From contig NZ_SBIV01000012.1 in NCBI RefSeq assembly GCF_004765795.1, forward strand, positions 54,464 to 74,463: DNA of 20,000 nucleotides, read 5' to 3'. This document shows positions 14,023-20,000 of this stretch, in pieces. Every line of letters begins with the position of its first letter. Position 1 is the first letter of the stretch. Both the position numbers and the translations under genes were made by a program. Source of the stretch: Halorussus marinus (GTDB lineage Archaea; Halobacteriota; Halobacteria; Halobacteriales; Haladaptataceae). The notes below the pieces were generated by a model, which was not told the origin of the DNA, made no database searches, and saw only the letters and a list, made by a program, of their open reading frames with translations.

Positions 14023-15912
14023 TTAATCACCCGTTGCGGATTCGATGCGGACGTTGTGGTCGGTCACGTCTGCGCCGCCTTCGAGACGGACCTCGAAGCC
14101 GGAGACGACTTCCGCGGGCTCGAACGGGTTGCCGTCGTATTTGAGCAGGCTGTACAGCTTCTCGCCGAAGCGTCCGAGCTGGCCCTGGATGTGGCGACGG
14201 AACTGCGCAGTCGCGTTCATCTCGATGACCAGCGCCTCGTCGACGCTCTCGAGGAACTCGGTCACTTCGTCTTTGGCGAACGGCATGATGTCGCTGACGT
14301 TCATCGACTTGACCGAGTGGCCCTCCTCGTTCAGCCGGTCGACCGCCTCCTCGGCGACGCCCTTCGTCGACCCGAAGCTGAGGATGCCGTAGTCGGCGTC
14401 CTCGGGGCCGTGGACCGCCTGGTGGTCGGCGTTCTCCGCGAGGTCCTCGCTGATGGAGTCGAGCTTCGCCAGCCGGCGGTTCATCTGAGTGACCCGGTTG
14501 TCCGGATCCTCGCTGATGTGGCCGACCTCGTTGTGCTCGTTGCCGGAGGCGAGGAAGTTCCCGCCCTTCTGGCCGGGGAGCGAGCGCGGACTGACGCCGC
14601 CCTCGCCGTCGTAGACGTACCGCTTGAACCGGCCGGCCTCCTTGGCGGCCTCTTCGAGGTCCTGCTCGCTGACGACGCTACCGAGGTCGGGGTTTGGCTC
14701 CTCGTCGAAGACCGACTCGGGGATGGTCTGGTGGCCTCCCGAGAGCTTCTGGTCGTAGAGGACGATAGCCGGAATCTGGTAGTCGTAGGCGAGTTCGAAC
14801 GCTTTGCGGGTCTGGCGGTAACACTCGGCGGGATCGCCGGGCGCGAACACCACGCGGTTGGAGTCGCCCTGGCTCGTGTACAGGACGTGTTCGAGGTCGC
14901 CCTGCTCGGGCTTGGTCGGCATCCCGGTCGAGGGGCCGGCCCGCATCGCCTCGACGAGCACGATGGGCGTCTCGGTGATCTCGGCGAGTCCGAGCGGCTC
15001 GGACATCAGCGCGAAGCCGCCGCCGGACGACCCCGACATCGCCTTGGCGCCGGCGTGGCTCGCGCCGATGGCGAGCGACGCCGCCGCGATCTCGTCTTCG
15101 ACCTGCTCGGAGATGCCGCCGAACTCCGAGAGGTTCTGGGTCATGAGGGTGTAGACGTCGGTCCACGGGGTCATCGGATACCCCGAGATGAACCGACAGC
15201 CCTCGTCGAGGGCGCCGTACGCGATGCCGTGGGACCCGGAGACGAACACCTGCTCTTCGTCGTTGGTGCCCTCGGGCGCTCGGAGGTCGTGGGTGAACTC
15301 GTAGTCCTCCTTGAGCGAATCGTAGGCGTCGTGGAGGATGGTGAGGTTCGCCTCGAGCACGTCGCCGCTCATCGCGTCGTCCATCAGGTCCTCGATCGGA
15401 TCGAGGTCGAGATCGAGCAGCGCGGCCGTCGCGCCGACGCCGGCGGTGTTGCGCATGACCTCGCGGCCGTACTCTTTGGCCAGTCCGCGCAGATCGAGGT
15501 CGTAGACGTGCCAGTCGTTCTCCTCGACGCGCTCGTCGAAGTTCTCGATCTCGCTCGCGTCGAGCAGTCCCTTGTCGTAGATGATGACGCCGCCCTCCCG
15601 GAGCTCGTCGAGGTTCTCCGAGAGCGGTTTGATCTCCTCGTTCCCGTAGTACGCCTCCTCCTGGGGATTCCGGGCGAAACTGTCGCCGAGCGCGAGCAGG
15701 AAATTGTACCCGTCGCCGCGGGACTTGACCTCCTCGTCGCTGGCCCGGATCTCTACGTACGTGTGGCCGCCGCGGATCCGCGACGGGTAGTGGCGGTGCG
15801 TGAAGACGTTCAGCCCCGACCGCATCAGGGCCTTCGCGAAGTTCTGGCTCGTCGAGTCGATCCCGTCGCCGGAACCACCCGCGATTCGCCAGATGAGTTC
15901 ATCGTCGGTCAT
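14023..15912 (-). CDS. porA: Pyruvate:ferredoxin oxidoreductase alpha subunit (gamma-alpha fusion)
   Basis: WRIAGGSGDGI, YPSRIRGGH, GYPMTP, QVEDEIAA, SSGGGFALMSE, RAGPSTGMPTKPEQGD. Confidence 0.9.
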   Translation of the reverse strand: MTDDELIWRIAGGSGDGIDSTSQNFAKALMRSGLNVFTHRHYPSRIRGGHTYVEIRASDEEVKSRGDGYNFLLALGDSFARNPQEEAYYGNEEIKPLSENLDELREGGVIIYDKGLLDASEIENFDERVEENDWHVYDLDLRGLAKEYGREVMRNTAGVGATAALLDLDLDPIEDLMDDAMSGDVLEANLTILHDAYDSLKEDYEFTHDLRAPEGTNDEEQVFVSGSHGIAYGALDEGCRFISGYPMTPWTDVYTLMTQNLSEFGGISEQVEDEIAAASLAIGASHAGAKAMSGSSGGGFALMSEPLGLAEITETPIVLVEAMRAGPSTGMPTKPEQGDLEHVLYTSQGDSNRVVFAPGDPAECYRQTRKAFELAYDYQIPAIVLYDQKLSGGHQTIPESVFDEEPNPDLGSVVSEQDLEEAAKEAGRFKRYVYDGEGGVSPRSLPGQKGGNFLASGNEHNEVGHISEDPDNRVTQMNRRLAKLDSISEDLAENADHQAVHGPEDADYGILSFGSTKGVAEEAVDRLNEEGHSVKSMNVSDIMPFAKDEVTEFLESVDEALVIEMNATAQFRRHIQGQLGRFGEKLYSLLKYDGNPFEPAEVVSGFEVRLEGGADVTDHNVRIESATGD

Positions 15913-15965
15913 AGTGGTAGCTCACGGCCGTTAGGCCCAGTGTTCGTAACTTGGTCGGTGATACA

Positions 15966-15993
15966 GTAAAGCCTTTGCTATAGATTAGCAAGG
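15966..15993 (-). promoter_or_regulatory. porA promoter with upstream palindrome
   Basis: Minus-strand CAAAGG-CTTTAC as BRE/TATA, overlapped by TTGCTA-N5-TAGCAA (15975-15991). Confidence 0.55.
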
Positions 15994-16077
15994 AATGTTC
16001 ATGAGGAATCTGGCGCGACGAACGGCCGATTCGGATGGACACAGCCGTAACGGCTCGTTTATCGCAGAACTACCCCA

Positions 16078-16112
16078 TATTATTTCTATATCTAATTAAG
16101 TGATTTTATATA
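16078..16112 (+). promoter_or_regulatory. AT-rich promoter region of the PKD-protein gene
   Basis: TTTTATATA (16104-16112) about 28 nt before ATG 16140, within a very AT-rich stretch. Confidence 0.6.
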
Positions 16113-16139
16113 CAATGGGAAGAGAAAATTTGGTCGAAA

Positions 16140-19100
16140 ATGTCGAAATCGAGTCTCGCCGCTATTCTCGTCCTCGTCGTCGTCCCCACGGCCGTGGGCG
16201 CGACCGTTCCCGCCGCGACCGACGCACCGCTCGCTGACGCCGGTCTCGACCAAGAGGTGAACAAAGGCGCGACGGTGCACCTCGACGGCACGGGATCGCG
16301 CGATCCCGACGGGGAGATCGGCACCTACCGCTGGACGATTCGCGCGCCGAGCAACAAGTCCGTGACGCCGAACTGTCGGACGTGTCCGCGCACATCGTTC
16401 GTCCCCGCGGAGGTCGGCCGGTACAGTGTCACGTTGACCGTGGTAGCCGACGACGGGACCGCGAAGTCCGATACGCTGTACGTGGACGTAACGCCCGGTG
16501 CGGCCCCGGACATTTCGCTTTCGGGCCCCGAGACGCCGACGGTCGGCGACTCGACGACGTACACCGCGGACCTTGATCGGGGAGCGGCCGCGCTCGATTT
16601 CGTCGTCTGGACCGTCGACGGCGTGACGGTGGCGAATCACTCGGTGGTGGCCGAACAGGGTTTAGACACGATACCGCGGCGGTTCCCGACGACCGGGGCG
16701 CGAACACTGACGGCGACGGTCCACGACGTCGACGGACAGACGGCATCGAGTTCCCTCGGCGTTACCGCGCGGTCCGACGCGAACGCCCGCTCGCGTTCGA
16801 CGCCCGAACGGGATCGGACGGGCACCCTCGCCGACCGAGCGACGCCCGTCGTCGACGGCGATGCGGTCGTCACCGGCGCGAAACCGCTCCGCGCCCGCTA
16901 CGAGGTTCAACTCGACGCCGCGGCCGCCAACATCGAGTCGATCGCGTGGCACAATACGTCGACGCGCATCGGAACGGGAGCGCGCCTCGTCCGCGCGTGG
17001 GCACCCGGCGATCACGAACTCTACGCCGTCGTTTCGTACACCGACGGGTCGGAGAACGTCGCGACCTTTTCGAACGGTTCGACCGCGGTCGTAGCCGACC
17101 CGAGGCCGAACGCCTCGATACGCTCGCTCGATAGGTTCGGCTCCGTCTCGGGGAGCGCGACAGCCGAAGACGAGTACGAGAATTTGGAGACCGTCCGGGT
17201 GACCTTCGACGGAGAGCAGATTGCGAGAGCGCCGGCACCGACCCGGCGACGCTACCAACCCTCGGGCGGGCGCCACCAGACCCTGCGATTCTCACATCAC
17301 GAATTCACACCTGGTGAGCGCTACGAAATAACGGTGGTTGCGATCGACGAGCGCGGGCAGGTCGCACGCGACAGTCGAGAAATCGTCCCGGTCAAAGAGC
17401 CCGAGATCGTCACGTCCGAGTTTGTCAACAGTCCGGTCGATTCGTATCACGAGCGAATCGATGCAGAGCGGTATACAGCGCGTCACGTATTGAAAATTGA
17501 CTTAAATGGAGTTGATCGAGAGAATATTAGCACGGTAATAAATGCAGGACAAGGAAATGCAATGAGAATATCTGACGGTAGTTTGAACTATAAAATAAAG
17601 AGTAAAAATGGTTCAAAATATATAATATATTCGACAGATTGGGCAGGGAATTACCCAGGGAAATATGAAGTGTTAGTAAGCTATCTATTTGAAAATAATG
17701 CAGATTGGGGAACCGAACAAAAGAGTAGATTTAACGTGACTCCTAGCAAACCAGAGTTGCGACTCGATGTCCTGAACGATGGAACAGAGAACTATATTAC
17801 CCGTAAACACGGAATCTTTGTAGACGCCAGTGGCTCCTTCGATCCCGACAAAACCGATCTAAAATATATCTGGAAGCACGGTGCGAATCCAAAGAAATCA
17901 GACAATACGACCGCAAAGTTCTCGGCATACGAGAGGGCCGCCAGCATCGTCGAAGATCAGCACAATCTCCGAACCAAGCGTAATTTCGATTTCCTCGCCA
18001 GTTTCCTCCCGGAAATCGAGTCGAGACAGGTTTTGGACTCAGGCCCTTATAGACCCGATGACATAGTTCGTGTCCGAGTCGAGACGGAACCATACTTCCT
18101 CACAAAGCGGACCTACTACGATGATCTTGACCTTGAGATTTCCGCGGAGCACCCACAGGCTTCGATCGAGAGATGGGAACGAATTCCGGCTTCCAATAGC
18201 GAGCACTCTGATGCCACGGAAAATCCACAAAAAAGGGTAGGTATCGTGGAAATACCTGCATCCGAGCTATCACCAACCGAGAATCCCGAAATATCAATTT
18301 ACAATGAAAAGAACCCAGAAAAACAAGAGATCACCGAAATTCCCGCAGTCGACGTTCTGACAAAAGAAGACCAATACTGGACAAACCTATCAGTCCTCAA
18401 TACGAGTTACCTGATTGAGAAACCGCAATTTAGAGAAGTGACAACCGACTCTACACGGGGTCTCAACCGATATCTACTCCGTGGGTACTCGATCAACGAA
18501 AGACATCGAGAAACGGAATACGTTCTCGAAGAAAAAACCAAAGTAGAGGACGCGACTTATGAGACCGAGACGAAAACTTTCCAGAGTGAGGTGGCCCGCG
18601 ACGCATTCGCCACGATGGACTGGCGTGCCTCTGGAACGGCTCAGGAGCAAGTGACAAAGACGAAAACAGCCACCCGCTGGATTGACAGCCTCAGCGGTCA
18701 ACCCGAGTTGCGAGATTCCGACCCGTGGAACGGTGAATTCACCGGTGACACTCGACGTGTCGTTGTCGAACCGGCCGAGTATCAGACCGAGAAGCAGTAC
18801 GAGTCCGAATATAAGGTCGAAAAGAGTGAGACACGAACCGTGACGAGAACGCGAGAAGTGTTGGTTGAGAAGACGAGAACACGAACGGTCACACGTTGCA
18901 ACCGCCATTTAGGTTGTTTCAAAACCACGCATACAGATACATATCATACAACCGAGAGGAGATCGTATCAGGTAACTCGACCTTATACGTACACAATCAC
19001 ACAAACTCGAACGTATTGGGCAACAACAGGTTCACGCGCCAGTGGAGAATTTACTGGAAAATCACGACGCATTAAGGTGAGTGACGCGGTATACGGGACT

Positions 19101-19511
19101 GAATATGAAATCAAAGAGAAATCTCAGTACACGGATACAGTTCAGGTGTACGAAGCGTCCCGCCAGACGCTAGTGGAGCCGGCTGAGTACGAGTGGCAAA
19201 CGGTTCGATCGGTCGATACTGGGCGGGCGGCATACAGAGCTGTCAATTCTGATGACGATCTCCGTGTTGGAAGATCTGATACGGTTACGTCTTGGACATT
19301 ACATAAAAAGGTTGGTGTTGACAGAATCAGATCATCAACTTATACTAGAAAAAAGAATGTGGCTAAAACTGTCGCGAAAGTAAGAGGTTCTCTTATTCGA
19401 TTATATATTGATGGTAATAAAAATGAGGTGACTGATCGAGTAGAGAAGGTGGTTGAAAAAAGATTTAGCAGTGCAAAAGGTTATGAAGATATAATAGATT
19501 CTATAAAATAA
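16140..19511 (+). CDS. Large secreted PKD/Ig-like repeat protein (1123 aa) with Thr/Arg-rich C-terminal region
   Basis: Signal peptide MSKSSLAAILVLVVVPTAVGA; PKD motif PLADAGLDQ..VHLDGTGSRDPDG.I..YRW..G.YSVTLTV...DG; second PKD-like VDASGSFDPD..DLKYIW; about ten N-x-S/T sequons; no C-terminal anchor. Confidence 0.85.
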   Translation: MSKSSLAAILVLVVVPTAVGATVPAATDAPLADAGLDQEVNKGATVHLDGTGSRDPDGEIGTYRWTIRAPSNKSVTPNCRTCPRTSFVPAEVGRYSVTLTVVADDGTAKSDTLYVDVTPGAAPDISLSGPETPTVGDSTTYTADLDRGAAALDFVVWTVDGVTVANHSVVAEQGLDTIPRRFPTTGARTLTATVHDVDGQTASSSLGVTARSDANARSRSTPERDRTGTLADRATPVVDGDAVVTGAKPLRARYEVQLDAAAANIESIAWHNTSTRIGTGARLVRAWAPGDHELYAVVSYTDGSENVATFSNGSTAVVADPRPNASIRSLDRFGSVSGSATAEDEYENLETVRVTFDGEQIARAPAPTRRRYQPSGGRHQTLRFSHHEFTPGERYEITVVAIDERGQVARDSREIVPVKEPEIVTSEFVNSPVDSYHERIDAERYTARHVLKIDLNGVDRENISTVINAGQGNAMRISDGSLNYKIKSKNGSKYIIYSTDWAGNYPGKYEVLVSYLFENNADWGTEQKSRFNVTPSKPELRLDVLNDGTENYITRKHGIFVDASGSFDPDKTDLKYIWKHGANPKKSDNTTAKFSAYERAASIVEDQHNLRTKRNFDFLASFLPEIESRQVLDSGPYRPDDIVRVRVETEPYFLTKRTYYDDLDLEISAEHPQASIERWERIPASNSEHSDATENPQKRVGIVEIPASELSPTENPEISIYNEKNPEKQEITEIPAVDVLTKEDQYWTNLSVLNTSYLIEKPQFREVTTDSTRGLNRYLLRGYSINERHRETEYVLEEKTKVEDATYETETKTFQSEVARDAFATMDWRASGTAQEQVTKTKTATRWIDSLSGQPELRDSDPWNGEFTGDTRRVVVEPAEYQTEKQYESEYKVEKSETRTVTRTREVLVEKTRTRTVTRCNRHLGCFKTTHTDTYHTTERRSYQVTRPYTYTITQTRTYWATTGSRASGEFTGKSRRIKVSDAVYGTEYEIKEKSQYTDTVQVYEASRQTLVEPAEYEWQTVRSVDTGRAAYRAVNSDDDLRVGRSDTVTSWTLHKKVGVDRIRSSTYTRKKNVAKTVAKVRGSLIRLYIDGNKNEVTDRVEKVVEKRFSSAKGYEDIIDSIK

Positions 19512-19546
19512 AGATTTAAATGGATGTATTTTTTATATATGTTTAA

Positions 19547-19873
19547 ATGGGCCGAAAGACTGGCTGGTTAGTCATTTGCGCCTTATTTGTCATGATTGTA
19601 CTCATGCCGATGAATAGCGCATCTATAATTAATAAAACAGGAGAGGATGAAATAGTGGCAAGTGAACAAGGAGTCATACACGAAGTAAAATTCGTTAGCA
19701 TGGATGATCAAATCTATGTGAACACTACTAATCCACTTAATAGAGAAGATAAAGTAGCAGGATACGTTATAACGGTTGACAATCAGCGCGTATACGATTC
19801 AGACCTGCGCTTAGACCACGGCGAGAGTCACAAACAGCGAGTGAACCTCACGCCGGGAATAAATGTGAACCAA
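19547..19873 (+). pseudogene. AT-rich exported or membrane-anchored protein gene truncated by IS insertion
   Basis: MGRKTGWLVICALFVMIVLMPMNSA signal or anchor, then a beta-rich segment with sequons. Codons 110-122 of the track ORF (EGVIERVAHQRAG*) come from the IS end. Confidence 0.7.
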
Positions 19874-20000
19874 GAGGGTGTCATAGAACGAGTAGCACAC
19901 CAAAGAGCAGGGTGAACGCTGAGGTGGATGAGTTCAGCGACCCTGCAAGATGATCCTTCGGTAGAGTCGTTCTTCAATGTCGCGGAGACCGAGACGCTAG
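19874..20000 (+). mobile_element. Left end of an ISH11-like insertion sequence (IS5-type), truncated by the window
   Basis: Terminal sequence GAGGGTGTCATAGAA (19874-19888) matches my recollection of the ISH11 inverted repeat; it is followed by SD GAGGTG and a transposase start. Confidence 0.82.
19928..20000 (+). CDS. ISH11-type transposase, N-terminus only
   Basis: MSSATLQDDPSVESFFNVAETETL..., recognised as the N-terminus of the haloarchaeal ISH11-like transposase; SD at 19921-19926. Confidence 0.82.
   Translation, partial: MSSATLQDDPSVESFFNVAETETL

Noticed and set aside
12893..15969. Plus-strand ORFs 12893-14026 and 14056-15969
   Set aside because: Antisense mirrors of porB and porA.
16115..16237. 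Upstream out-of-frame ATG at 16115 (40 codons)
   Set aside because: Too close to the TATA box to be transcribed from it, and the product is Arg-rich with no recognisable features.
17490..19511. Diversity-generating retroelement as the cause of the variable blocks
   Set aside because: No template/variable repeat pair or reverse transcriptase in the window, and the blocks are A-rich rather than A-depleted.
19874..19915. C-terminus of the 122-aa ORF as native sequence
   Set aside because: It is read-through into the IS left end.

Overview
High-GC haloarchaeal chromosomal window (acidic proteins, archaeal ribosomal proteins, mostly leaderless genes with TATA boxes about 25-30 nt upstream of the ATG). 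Bases 1-16000 are mainly core genome. In order they carry the 5' part of the S-layer glycoprotein gene (minus strand, missed by the ORF track) with a long structured leader, a tandem-domain glyoxalase I, a small membrane protein with a DRG GTPase, and rpl11-rpl1-rpl10-rpl12 with a structured L1 leader. These are followed by a pseudo-REC/PAS/PAS/GAF/PAS histidine kinase, a TctA-like permease, an SRPBCC protein, an aminotransferase with lrpA1, a tiny acidic Tat lipoprotein and porBA. From about 16070 the region is accessory. It holds an 1123-aa secreted PKD/Ig-repeat protein with in-frame AT-rich blocks and an unusual Thr/Arg-rich C-terminal third centred on a Cys-x5-Cys motif, then an AT-rich exported-protein gene interrupted at 19874 by an ISH11-like IS that runs off the window. 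The best candidates for new biology are this secreted protein with its partner gene, a 3 x 24-nt palindromic in-frame insert in the kinase, and the multi-helix S-layer leader. All family assignments come from motif recognition and memory; no searches were run.
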